From contig BFEA01000002.1 in assembly GCA_003427395.1 (NCBI GenBank), positions 67,048 through 129,924 on the forward strand: a DNA stretch of 62,877 nt, written 5' to 3'. This DNA is from Chara braunii (taxonomy: Eukaryota > Plantae > Charophyceae). Under the pieces are notes generated by a model. The model was given only the letters and a program-made list of their open reading frames with translations, searched no databases and was not told the DNA's origin. Shown piece by piece: positions 26,068-38,992 of this stretch. Each line of letters starts with the position of its first letter. Position 1 is the first letter of the stretch. Both the position numbers and the translations under genes were made by a program.

Positions 26068-26558
26068 CCCCCCCTCCTTCCCCCCCTGTGAACGAAGGCG
26101 CAGCTGACAACCAAGAATGTGGTGCGGCCAAGAAAGTGGTGCAGCCAAGAAAGTGGAAAAATAAGAAAGCCACTCACCAAAGTCTTGCTACACTACCATG
26201 GTCACCGAGACAAAAAAAAAAAGGGGTTGTATTTGTCCATGGTCTAGTGGAAGATTCATTCGTTTTGCACATTTGCTGAGGAGTGGAGCAAGGGCCCAAG
26301 TAGGGGAAAGGAATGAAACTCAACCCAGAACATGGAAAGGTACATAGCTACTTTTATTTTTACCTTTTTGCCAAGGCTCTGAGCCCCCCAGCTGTGGTCC
26401 AGAACTGAGCCTACTCAGCCTGGACCCGACCCCCTTGTGCAGACAAAGTTGGTCTCGTTCACTCGAACATATCGTATAGGCGTTGTAAACGAATACAACG
26501 CACGGTATGCGTTGTATTCGTTTACAAACGCATATGCCTTATGTTCGGGGGAAGACGG
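25711..26558. mobile_element. Tc1/mariner(pogo)-type MITE
   Basis: TA|CCGTCTTCCCCCGAACATAACGCATATG ... CATATGCCTTATGTTCGGGGGAAGACGG|TA. Confidence 0.85.
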
Positions 26559-29436
26559 TAGAGTTTCGTGCAAGTTCTTTCTAACAGAACAGCGGGTAAT
26601 GCGAACAGGAAAGGAGCGTTGACCTAGAATGAGGGGGCTACTGAGGCTTTTTCATCATGGTTAAACACAATGTTCAGTACACTCATGGGAAGCTACGGAG
26701 ATACTGAAGGCGGGTTAGAGATGCATATCCTGCATATAAATAGTTACCGCAACAAAATCGCAGCTTTTTGTACCCATCTCTCTCTCCCATAAGTATCCTA
26801 CGCACTATTTTACTCCAACAAGATCATCCAGACGGGTTTGAATTACTGTAACGGCATCGTTTGACCCAAGTACTTCACATAGAACGATCAAGCTAGGTAT
26901 GGCGACAGAGGACTTCGAGTATTGGTTCCTTTAGAAATGAACAATTTCATACGCAATGTGTAATTAGGATTGGAGAGGACGTCATCACTCGAACTGTTGT
27001 CAGATGAAAGCAGCGTGACTAAGGCGAAATCTCATTGTGATAGCCCACGCACATAACGTGTTTTTTCTTGAAGGACAAAAACATAGTTCAAGTTGTATTA
27101 GTTGTTGGGCTTTACCTTCTTCTTTTACCATCTGGTTTTACCATCCTGTCTCCCGAGGGTATTCAGAGGGCACGGGGAATTAGGTACAGGGTTGTGGGAG
27201 TTAAATACACCAATTGAGCAGGATCACATGTATAGACGATAGCAACCTGTCTAGAGTGGGAAAATCGTCAGCTTGGGGAACACTAAAACTAAGAAAATTA
27301 CCATAGTTCGCTTTACCCTCGGTATATCGCCAATCTTAAGTCAATGTCTCGTGCTCAGACCGAATAGGTTGGCGAGGAAAGCCTAAGCAGGAGTTCCTTT
27401 AGCATTCCTCCTTGTATGCCTGCTAAATATGCCGAAGAGCAAATACGTCCAAGCCCATTTTGTGCTTACACTCGAGAGCAGTTAGCATACACAGAGATGC
27501 GCCTCAACCCTCGCTCGAACCCATTCCGTAAACTTCACCTCGACGTCTCAGTTCATCAGCACTCAGTGCAAATGCACAAAATAAAGAAGTAGGACGGACT
27601 AACCTCCTAACCTACGATCCACCCACTACTCGCACGTTGGAAGCTCGGAGCCTTGAATACACAAGAAAGGAGTAAATTGTCAGACCTGACACAACACGGA
27701 ATGGAAAGAGAGAGGGGTAGAGCGGCTTCGAACAATCCGGGCCAGTATGTACCTCCAGTAATGAGAACAACTGAATACCGTCAAGGCGAAGGAGAGCAAA
27801 GAACAACAGACTGGGTAAGTACTCCTGCAAGACATTCGCTCCCGATTCAGCCCAGGCAACCACAAGGAGTAGAGGACCGAGTGAGGGAGTCGGTAGGCAG
27901 ATGCTATGATGAAGGCATCTGCCCGGATGATCTTGAGTTAGGCGAAGTGGTGGAAGATGAGTACTAGGGGGGACGCTTTGTAGTGAACGAGGCAGTGAAC
28001 AATATCAAAGAGCAATGGTTGAAGGAACGCACTGTGATTGTAATCTTTCAGGAGGAGGTAAGGCTTTTGTCAAGACAAGTTAATGAAGATCTACTCAGAG
28101 CATAGTATGAAGGCGATTGGATGCCACAGAAAATCTTCAATCCAGAGTCCAAGAGAGGACGAATCCGATTCGAAGGTCTAAATGTAATCTCCTATGCAGC
28201 TAAAGCAAAGTAAGTCGCAAATTGGTTGCTGAGGAGGAAAGAGGTGAAGCTGAAGCTGGGTACTAAGGAATATCTTGCAACATTCAAGGCCAGGATGCCA
28301 AGGCAGGAGTTGAGAGACATCAAATTATAAGGAGCAGAAACAAACTTCTGGATAATAGCTCTGAGAGTGCAACTAGACGCCTACTACTACCTCCATGAGG
28401 CTGTCAAGGACATGTTCGGGGAGGTGATTGAAATGCATCCTTGAGAGTATGACAGATCAAGACCAAAGCTAATGAATGTGAAACTAGATATGCATCCAAA
28501 TGCTCGATTTCATGTCGAGGACGAGCTTGTCATAGAGTCCCCAAAGGGTGAAAGGTGGAAAGTGGAAATAACCAACCCCTGAACCGATTGGTGCAGGAAG
28601 TGCCGTTGGTATTTCCACACAGAAGAGCACTGTCCAAGGAACCATCAAAACGAGGAGGGTAGAAGTGATGGGGGAGGGAGAGCTGGAGGGCACAAGGAAC
28701 GATTTCGCTAGAACATAAGAAACAGTGAACAAGCAGCGAACGGCGAAGCAGAACCAGTGGAGGCTCCAGGTTCTAGACCGAACGGCAACCCGAGTCAGCA
28801 AGGAGGAAGGCACACCAACGACAGAGCAGTCATGAGAATTCAACGTGCGACACCAAAGAAGAGAGTATCACCCAACACCTTCAGTTATGCCGCATTCGGG
28901 AAACAAAGGGAATTGGTCAGTGACACCTATCCCAGAAGACGTGGCACGGCTGCTGGACGATAGAGACCCAAACAGGAGAACGCAGCAGCAACGTCACTAG
29001 GAGCACCAGGACTAGTACGGTTGGCAAGGCCCACCTCCGCCGCTACAAATCAACCAACAACTCTACTCGCAGGCGCCCAGGAGGAGCACTGGGGTAACCA
29101 TGCGACCCTGATACAACAGTTCACACAACCAATCATACCGGGACATCCAGCGGCGAGGTATCTAACAAACTCATATAACTAGGGACCACCTGCACAACAA
29201 TAGACAAATGGTTTATCCAACAAGACAGGTCAGTTGGAGCAGTACATGGTGAGACTGTGAGGACCACGGGACCAACAACAAACAGTGGGCCACAGAAGAA
29301 GAAACGAAACGAGAAGACATGAATATGTGAAACAAGGACAAGAGGGGAGTGTGCACATAAATCCATCCGCCACGAGATTGGGGGACCAACGTGAAGGCAT
29401 AGGAACCTCCAGCAAACAACTGAGAGGTCCGGAGGG

Positions 29437-29507
29437 CTATGAAACCGTATGAGCGCGCGTAAGCGCGAGCACGCACGCTTTATCACCCCCTCTTACGCTC
29501 AAAGCGC

Positions 29508-29538
<31 letters not shown>

Positions 29539-30547
29539 NNNNNNNNNNNNNNNNNNNNNNNNNNNNNNNNNNNNNNNNNNNNNNNNNNNNNNNNNNNNNN
29601 NNNNNNNNNNNNNNNNNNNNNNNNNNNNNNNNNNNNNNNNNNNNNNNNNNNNNNNNNNNNNNNNNNNNNNNNNNNNNNNNNNNNNNNNNNNNNNNNNNNN
29701 NNNNNNNNNNNNNNNNNNNNNNNNNNNNNNNNNNNNNNNNNNNNNNNNNNNNNNNNNNNNNNNNNNNNNNNNNNNNNNNNNNNNNNNNNNNNNNNNNNNN
29801 NNNNNNNNNNNNNNNNNNNNNNNNNNNNNNNNNNNNNNNNNNNNNNNNNNNNNNNNNNNNNNNNNNNNNNNNNNNNNNNNNNNNNNNNNNNNNNNNNNNN
29901 NNNNNNNNNNNNNNNNNNNNNNNNNNNNNNNNNNNNNNNNNNNNNNNNNNNNNNNNNNNNNNNNNNNNNNNNNNNNNNNNNNNNNNNNNNNNNNNNNNNN
30001 NNNNNNNNNNNNNNNNNNNNNNNNNNNNNNNNNNNNNNNNNNNNNNNNNNNNNNNNNNNNNNNNNNNNNNNNNNNNNNNNNNNNNNNNNNNNNNNNNNNN
30101 NNNNNNNNNNNNNNNNNNNNNNNNNNNNNNNNNNNNNNNNNNNNNNNNNNNNNNNNNNNNNNNNNNNNNNNNNNNNNNNNNNNNNNNNNNNNNNNNNNNN
30201 NNNNNNNNNNNNNNNNNNNNNNNNNNNNNNNNNNNNNNNNNNNNNNNNNNNNNNNNNNNNNNNNNNNNNNNNNNNNNNNNNNNNNNNNNNNNNNNNNNNN
30301 NNNNNNNNNNNNNNNNNNNNNNNNNNNNNNACCTTAACCAAAATCAAAGTAGACTATCACTCACCCACACCAGATGAAAAACTCTACAAACTGTCGGTTC
30401 ACACCTATATATATAGCATTGTTTGCCCGAAAAACAAATATCCCCGCACCCGCTCAAACCCCGCTCAAGGCGCTTTGAGCGCGGGATTGAGCGGCGCTCA
30501 AAAACTTCAGCTCCGACTGTGTGCTCAATCAGCGCGCAGTTTCCTAG
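29437..30547. mobile_element. Non-autonomous hAT-like insertion in LINE ORF1 (spans a gap)
   Basis: Termini CTATGAAACCG / CAGTTTCCTAG, 8-bp flanks CCGGAGGG / TCGGAGGG. Confidence 0.55.
30331..30405 (-). mobile_element. Fragment of the hammerhead-bearing element
   Basis: Reverse complement of ~21943-22017; 5' end abuts TATATATA. Confidence 0.8.
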
Positions 30548-31429
30548 TCGGAGGGACCCCCTCTGAGTGAGCTGTCGAAAACTTTGATATCTTCTTAGTC
30601 ATCCATAAGGATGGGCAATGATGTGAACGATGACCTGCTGAGTAGGGAGCCTTCGAGGTCTTCGATGGAGAGCTCGACCCACTCAAAAGCACAGAGGATC
30701 GTAGAAAGAGAGTCTCAGGGACCCGAACTCCAGACAAGGAGTGGACCGCAATAGACAAGCAGATACAGTCCCAAGAAGTCACGTTGAAACAGTAAAGCGC
30801 ATAGTGTTGCTTTTGATGTGTACACAAGCAAGGGAAGACACCTACTTCATAGTTCTCTCCAATACAGAAGTACCATCATATCTCCCATCAGACGAAAATG
30901 ACAAAACACTTACTCCATCAACCATCATGCAGTTAACCAGGCGCCTATACGGAGAGCACGTCCCAACCAAAATCATCCCCAACTCCTCAATGATTAACAT
31001 TATCTGTGAAACTTCACAAGGGTTTGTGAAACTGTACTTTCCGCTGATGGATGCACATATCCCCTCAAAGTCTACAGAGATGCTAGTGAAGTGGTACCGC
31101 ATGGATGTTGTAAGAGAGAGGAACACACAAGAACTGACTCAAGTGAAGGTGTTCCACGAGATAAGCGCGCTTGTTCTACAAAACCTAAATAAGAAACTGA
31201 GACCCGAGGAAGGTCTCCATTCAGACTTCATGATCTCAAGTTTAACGAAGGACTGGGCAGCTCACTCGCATGCAAACTCCTCCAGGGGCAGTTCAAGATG
31301 CAGCATGCACTTGCAATCCACGGCATAAGCCCGGCCACCAGAAAGGTCAGAAACTGCAGATCAAGAATATGCAACCCAAAGTGCGCAGTACCGCATCCAA
31401 GAACAAGCAAGAGAACAACGCCTAAAAGG

Positions 31430-34400
31430 ATAATCTCATAATTGCAACCTGGAACGGGCAGGGGCTGGGGGACACAGGGCCAGATACAATCGAAGACGAG
31501 TCAAAGGTTGGATGCACGAACGAAAAACAAACTGTCTCCTATTACAAGAGACCAAGTTGGACGAGGATAAGTTGGCAAGCTTGGGCAACTGGTGGGACGC
31601 CCCACAGATTGGGGCTCCCGCACAAGAAACGAGGGGAGGAGTGTGGATTCTGCTGCATAGAGACCTTCCGATGAAGGTAGTGGATGCAAAGGCGGATATT
31701 TGGGGAAGGTGGGCGTAACGAGGGGAGGAGTGGGTGATTATGACGATTTATGCACACATAGAGGTTAGTAAAAGGGCAAACTTTTATGCAAACTTGATCC
31801 CTCATATTCTAAGGATAGAGAACCTGATCATTGTTGGAGACTGGAATCTATCATTGGATGAGGCACTGAGAACGGACTCGAGTATGGAGGAGAGGAGGGA
31901 TGTGAAGACCCTGCTGGAACTTGCTACGGAACTGAACCTGTCGGATCTCTTCAGACTGCTAACATCGGAGGACCCGGGGTACACATGGTTGTCGCACAAT
32001 CAGAGACAAAGAGGATTAGTGGTAAGAAGAAGGTTGGACTGCCTCCTAGTGGCCAACTCGATTCTAGAGGGAGTCACTGCGGTGAGACAGATCAGCAATC
32101 CACTATCCGCTCACAAGCCAGTGATTGCAGACGTCAAGCTTCGAGTAGGCATCAAAAGAGGGAGAGGATTCTTTCGTCTGAACACACAAAACTTGGAGGA
32201 TCTTGGGTTGATGGAATGGGTGGACCAGTACATGAAGGACTGGGAGGAAACCATACAAAACTTCCCATCAGGAAAGGAGTGGGTAGAGGGGGGTTTAGCT
32301 ATCATCTCAAGTGTCCTTAATGTTTGCTCAAAGATTCTGGCTAAGGTAAGAAACGCAAAAGAAGCAGAATGCAAACGACGAGTAGAAGAGGCGGAAGACA
32401 AAATGGAGGGGCACCCCATATCCGTACACTTAGGCTGCGGAGAGAGAAAAGCGGATGGCAGAATGGGACGAACTCCAACTAGCTAAAGAGAGGAGGTGGA
32501 TAGACATACTTAAGGAAAAGGGGATCGAGACCAGCGACAAGATGGACAAAGAAACCTTTCAAAGGCTTCTCCCCCGTCAGACACTGCAGCAAATGATAGA
32601 GTTGAAGCATCCATTTGACGGTACAACACCGATGGTTTCCACAACAGCAGAAATGCTGGACTACGCCAGATTGTACTATGAGGACATCCTCACCACTCGC
32701 CGCCCACCGGACGACGCCTACACGAGTCTCACGACAATATCTAATATGTGGGAAGACACTAGAGTGAGGGTCTCAACTCCGACAAAACTGGATCTGAACA
32801 GACCCCTTACACTAGAAGAGACTACTCAAACTTTGAAGTCCATGGCAAGGGGCAAGTCTCCAGAGGTGGATAGACTGACAATGGAATTCTACGTCAAGTG
32901 CTGGAACGCGGTGGGACCACCCCTCGTAGAGTTGTACATTGAGGTGCTGACCGGGGGCAAACTGGGGGAGAGGATGACCCACAAAGTGATTTCGGTGCTG
33001 TTCAAGAAAGGGGACAAGGCGGAGGTAAGAAATTGGCGTTCGTTCTCCCTGCCGAACGTATCTTATAAGATTCTAGCGAAGACGCTCGCAAATAGGTTGG
33101 GTCGATACCTACCTAAACTGGTGGAAAAGGACCAGGGCATGTTTGTTCAAGGAAGATCGATCTTCAACAACATAGCGACAACTATTGAAGTGCTAGAGGT
33201 GGTGCAAGCAGAGAACTTAGATACAACAGTGCTTCTAATTGATCTAGAGAAGGCATATGATAAAGTGGGCTTTGGGGAAGGCTTCTGCAAATGGGTGGTG
33301 GCGCTGTATACGCTCGTCATATCAGCGGCGATTCAGCGGTCATGGTCAACAGATTCATATCCTCCCCGTTTAGATTGACGAGATCACTGCGACAGGGTTG
33401 CCCTCTAGCGCCTCTCTTGTTTTTACTGCAAAGGAAAGTATTGCTGAACCGGATTCAGAAACACCCGTTGATCCATGGAATAGGTCTGGGTAACGAGGCA
33501 TACTTTGGGAGGGAACTGCATGCTTTGGTGGGATAAGGGGGGGGAAGGTGGCACTGTCCCAAGTTGGGGCTGTGATGGGTTGCCTGCAATCTGGGTAATC
33601 CGTTTCGGCGAAGGCAACATTGGGACAGGGTGGAATGGAGGGGAGGGGGGAGACTAATCTTAGGTGTAAACACTAATTATGCTATATCAAGCTTAGTACC
33701 TGTTTTTTGTAATCCTAGGCGATTTTTGGTTTTCCCTTTGTATAAAATACATGTTTTTAGAGATGGTAGAATCCTGACTGATGTCTGCAAAGTTAATGTG
33801 TCTCGGGCTCTTGGTTTGCCGATGCTAGAACGACGCTGGCCGGTGCTGGGGTGTTAGCCCTGTGACCTGTTAGTAACAGGAGCGTGAGGCCTGGTAGAGA
33901 GATCTAGGGATTAGTCGAGGGAGGAAGGCAATCCAGTGGCGAACTGGGGGGAGCTGCCTTGACAACCTAATGGGCCGGGTTAGGTCTTGGTGGCAAGATC
34001 ACATCAGCTATGGCTGGCATTGGTTAGGAAAGTATTGTCTCTGGGGTTGTGTGTTTGGTATAAGGGATGACTAGGTTGCTCATGGATTGTGAGGCCAGGC
34101 ATTGCTGTTATAGTATAGCCTTTTCACAACAACAAGTGCTTCTAGTTTTAAGGGATGTCTAGTAAAAAAAAATAAAATAAATAAATCATGTTGTATCCAT
34201 GTGGTATTCAGCTTTCTGGTGTTTTGTAATTCTTGGCGGCATTTGGCCTTTTTCCTGATTCGGGATATAGGATTTCAGAGATGGTAGAATCCGGGCTGAT
34301 ATCTGCATAAGTTGCTTTGTTCTGTGCCCCTGGTATGCCGATGCCAGAACGACGCTGGCCGGAGCTGGGGCGTTGCCCTGTAACCTGCAAATGACAGGAG

Positions 34401-34685
34401 TGTGAGGCCTTGTAGAGAGATCTGGGGATTAGTCGAGGGAGGAAGACAATCCAGTGGCGAACTGGGGGGTGCTATCATGACAACCTATGGGTCCAGGTTC
34501 AGTCTAGGTGGCAAGAACAGGATAGCTATGGTTGATGTTCACTAGGATGGCATTGTCTCTGAGATGTAATAGCCTGGTTCAGGGAGGGCTAGGGGTTGTT
34601 ATAGGATTAGAAGGCCAGATTTGCTGATATAGCATAAATTTCTATAACCTTTTACTTATTCACATTTTTCATAGAAGCATTAGAA

Positions 34686-34745
<60 letters not shown>

Positions 34746-36956
34746 AATTACCACAATCATCATCATATGAGGGATGCTGAGCCCGGTTCTCAGCTTGAAA
34801 AAAAAAGAAAAAAAAAAAAGAAAAAAGAAAAAAAAGAATGCAGAGTAAAAGCGCAGGTGGATGATCTGTTTGCCGTATGTGAAAACACGGTACCGGCGCT
34901 GACAACATTGAAGGAAACCATGCATGAGTATGCCACACTATCGGAAGCTTCAGTCAATTGGTCCAAATCATCATACCTGCTGCCCAGCCAATTCGTATTA
35001 AGGGTAGAACGGGGTATGAAGAGGGTAGATGAAGGGGAAGAGGAAATATTTCTAGTGGCGTTAGTCAGTTTGCAGGTGGAAACTTCTTCACAAGGCCTTC
35101 TCCTGCAAGCCAGGATTGCCACAAGGTTGAACCTCTGGGGTTCTGTCGGGCACTTATCATTGATTGGCAGAGCTTTAGTGGCGAATGTAGCACTGCTCTC
35201 GATCCTGTGGTTCGTATGCATGGTCAGAGAAATCTCAGAAGGGGTGTAGTCCGCAGTACGCAGACTGGTGGCCCGATTCCTGTGGAAACCAAGATCCAGA
35301 AGTGAATAGGAATTTGTAATAAAAATTGTGTGGGATCTGCTAACGTTCCCCCTGACAAAAGAGAGCCTTGGAACGTGGGATCCTGGTAGGAAGAACAGAG
35401 TGCAACTGCAGACATGGGTATGCAAAGTGGGCATGGCAGACTGCGATGAAGACTGCATAGCACTGACAGAGAGTTTGCTGATGCGCAAATGGGGACTAAG
35501 CAGACCAGAGGATGTCCGAGTCTGCTTGTTTATGGACTCCTTCAGGCAGAAGCGACCACGGTCCAGATTCTGGAACACCATTCTGAGGGTCTGGAAGGAC
35601 CTACTGCCACATACTCTATCGCCACCTCAAACCAAGGAAGAAGTGCTGACCCAACAACTCTTCGAAAACCCCTGCATTCCTGCACCCGATGGACAGGCAT
35701 TCCCGGCAGACGGCTCTCCAGCAACCTTCGGGCTAGCTTGGGTAAGGAAGGAGTCACTCAAATTAGAGATCTTTGGTCAGTCCTACAGGGGGATTGGGAG
35801 TCACTAACAGTAATCAGAACCCGCCTATCTGGATTGAGAAGAGTGGAAGATAACTGGCGGGCCATTCGGCAAGCAATCTCCCAAGACTGACTCAGAATCG
35901 TTAGGACCAGAGGACGTAGACCCAGAGTACACCCGGTATGTTGCAGATAAGGAGGGAGAAGTGGAGGTGCTCTGGAAAATGAACGAAGTGTTGTCAAGTG
36001 GATTCCGAAGAGTTGAAGAATGGGCATGCGAAGGTCATGACAACAGACTGAGGAAGCTGGGGGAGATAACAGTTCAACGGTGGTCTAACCCACCACAGGC
36101 CAGAATTGTGGAGCAACAACATCCGGGAAATCTGACTGTGGTTACCTGGGTTGGCTGCGCCGGACTAGGACAGTTACGGATTGAACCGCTGGCCTGGAGC
36201 TGGAACAGTCAGAATCCAGCGGACACAACTGGGATTAGTCTTGCTGAGTATGATTCGAGAATTGAGTACAGACTCACCAACAGGGCTCCCAAGAAACCAG
36301 CAACAGTTGCGGTGTCCAGATGGCCGGCAGTGCTTGGAGAAAACCTCCTGGTAACCGAATCACAGTTTGAAGCTCTGTGGAAAATCCTCTGTGAACTACT
36401 GAATGGTAAACAGGTGAGCCTGTTCTGGCTGCTATCCATGTTTGTCACCCCCTCTGCAATCTGGCTGTTGAGCCGAGGAGTAAAAGTGGAGCTGGGCTGT
36501 TCAAGGTGCAGATGGCGGTTTGAATCCACAAGGCATTTGTGGTGGGACTCTTAGCGTATCTAGCGGTGGTGCATCATTGGAAGAAGATGAGATGGGGCTG
36601 TTTAGACTGGGAGGAGCGATGGGTATTGCCGGGTTTCCCGCCCACTGGCCTGCAGGGACGGAAAGGCTGCGGGTACATAGCTCAGGTTATAGTGGGCATA
36701 ACATGTGAACTCATCTGGGCAGACAAAGTGTCCCCTCTCGGATGTGGAAATCAAAGGAAGAATCAAAGCGAGCATCAAGCACGCAATAAGGGTGGACTGG
36801 AGGAGGAAGACGAAAGCCTGGAAAGGGAGCAGGAAACATAAGGCCTGGTTTCTACACACATGGGCACGTCGAAACCAACTCGCAGCAGTACACTCAAGCC
36901 GGGGTTTGGTTATCTTAAATTGGATCCTGGAACCAGAATGGAGAGCAACAGTTTAG
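31430..36956 (+). pseudogene. LINE ORF2 (APE endonuclease, RT, zf-RVT), L1/Tx1-like, frameshifted
   Basis: IATWNGQGL, LLQETK, VGDWN, YTW, RLD, SAHKPV; KSPEVD..EFY, KKGD..NWR, DLEKAYD, LRQGCPLAPLLF, VDDL; CSRC...ESTRHLWW. Confidence 0.9.
33498..34835 (+). mobile_element. Poly(A)-tailed insertion within the LINE RT, with two diverged ~519-bp tandem units and (CAT)n
   Basis: RT reads GIGLGNE|ECRVKAQVDD across it. AGAGATGGTAGAATCC at ~33758 and ~34277. Hairpin GCTGAG/CTCAGC followed by an A-rich tail. Confidence 0.6.
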
Positions 36957-38809
36957 GTGGCCACGTGGAGGCAGATAGAGTATACCGGTGAATACCAGGG
37001 CACTCGGTCTTGTGGGACTACATTAGATAGTTAGAGTGCCCACTGGAATAACCAGGACACTCGGTTGCTAAGGCCGCAATGGGCCCGTAGGAGAGTGTCG
37101 GTAGGATCCGGACGTGGTCTTCTAGGCCGCGGTAGTTCCAGATGTAATCTAGGGAGTAGCAACTAGTTTTAGCTGAGTTCCAGTTACATTTTGACAATGA
37201 ATAGGTCAGCCCTACTAGAGATCAGTTTCAGTTTCTGGCACTACCTTTATCGAATATGGTAACATCATCAAGAATTGTTTAACCTCAGTGCAGATAAGGA
37301 AGGGAGTTAGGTCCTTAGAACTCAGAAGTTGTGAGTTCTGCAGGCAAGTGCATGTAAGCTAAGCTGGCTGATGTTGTCAGTACTCCGGGTCGAATTGTGA
37401 GGTCCCCAGCCTCCTTTCTAATGCTACAATGAATTGTGAGGTCCCCAGCCTCTCGTCTATTTCATCTTTATTTTTTCTTCTTTTTTCTTTTTTCTTTTTT
37501 AACTTCGAGATACCACTTAGGGAGGTGGTAAGAGCAGCCTCCCTAAGCGGGTCCCCGGTTGAAGGCTCCATCTATTGGTGGGGAGCTGCACCTGCGGGAA
37601 ACCGGGTCCAGCGTCCCTCATATTACAGGACATATCAATGACTGACAAATGTTTGGACAACTGACATATGCTGGCAGAGTTCGCTGTCCTTCCTGTTGGC
37701 TGTCCCCCCTATTTCATCTTTCTAGTAGTGCGCATTTATCTCATCCTCTCACGGAGGAACACCAACCAACCTGGATCTCTCCCCAGCCCACGGGGTAGGT
37801 TGGCACCACAGCTGTGGTGTGAGAGCAAGGCTGTACTAGTCCCTAATCACGGTGATGAGGGGTGGGCAGGCATTGCTGATGGGGGAACTATGCAGCGACA
37901 ATATTGGCCATTAGACACCGCCATGTGGGGTTGGGGGGTGGGGGTAGGGAGAGTGCAATGACTGGCCATTGCTCCAGGTAAAACAGTTTGACAATGCACT
38001 TCACGCAATCCCGCGAACACAACACACCCCAACGCGACCCCGCCGGACCCGAAACCTAGGTTGTATACATTCACCATTATCCGCTTTTTTATTTTTTTTT
38101 ACCGGCCCTTCTTTCTTTCTTTTGCCAGAAACCCATATGGGGTATGAATTAATGGGCCTAGCTGCACTGAGCTCGCCATTCACAAAAGACAAAACATATG
38201 GAAGTGCATCTTTCCATGTTCTTGCGGAAAGTTCATTGTCGAATTCCACCTTTGGAGAGCAGTGCAGAGAGGACCAATGGTGAAGGCTTTCCTTTCTCGA
38301 ACAGACCGTGGTCATCTGGTGATGCAGGGTTTTTGCCCTCTCCCTTTATGTTTTTGGTTCATTACCGCCATATCTGAAATGGGACTGGCGGTCCCCCTCT
38401 CTAGCTTGATGTGCACCGCCCCAAAGAGGACTCACAGACCACCTTCGACAAAAGAAGGTGAACATGTGCAGCCAATGGGGAAGCACCAAGTTCACCGTCT
38501 GCCTCAATAAGCCAACATGAATACAAAGAGAATGGCCTTGCTGCGATCCATGGCAATCGCCGGTGGCAAGGAGTGTCACACAATAAGGAGGTCCCTATGA
38601 CCGAAACAGGAGCAATGCTAGTCGGACTAGGCCCCCGGGCCCAAGTCCCACTAGCTTGGTTTTGATTCCTATACCCGGTGCGGCACGGTGCGGCGGGGGG
38701 TGGCACCGTGTGACACCATTTGGAAGCTTTTTCCTTCTCGTTTTGTTTTCGAACTTTTTTTCAGGGATTATGAAAACTGTGAGATAAATATATATTGACT
38801 ACATATATA

Positions 38810-38927
38810 GTCAAACAGAGCTGCTCGGTAAACCGTAGGCAGAGAGGGAGAAGAGGACAACAAACGAAGGGGCTGTGACAAACTGTTTCGCCAGAGTTTC
38901 ACCGACTCATCAGGAGGCTGAACCCTC
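38810..38927 (-). mobile_element. Hammerhead-element copy beginning at the predicted cleavage site
   Basis: Minus strand: (TA)nGA|GAGGGTTCAGCCTCCTGATGAGTCGGTGAAACTCTGGCGAAACAG...GTTTGAC|TATAT. Stem II is retained through G-U pairs. Confidence 0.8.
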
Positions 38928-38992
38928 TCTATATATATCCTCCTGATGAGTAGATGAAACTCCAACAAAACAGTTTGTCACAGCCTCTCGTT

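Larger units (their letters stand above)
27650..31328 (+). pseudogene. LINE ORF1 (gag-like, CCHC knuckle), decayed and interrupted
   Basis: WLKERTVIVIFQ...RGRIRFEG; CRKCRWYFHTEEHC (CX2CX4HX4C, ~28592); Q-rich linker; lies directly upstream of the APE domain. Confidence 0.65.
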
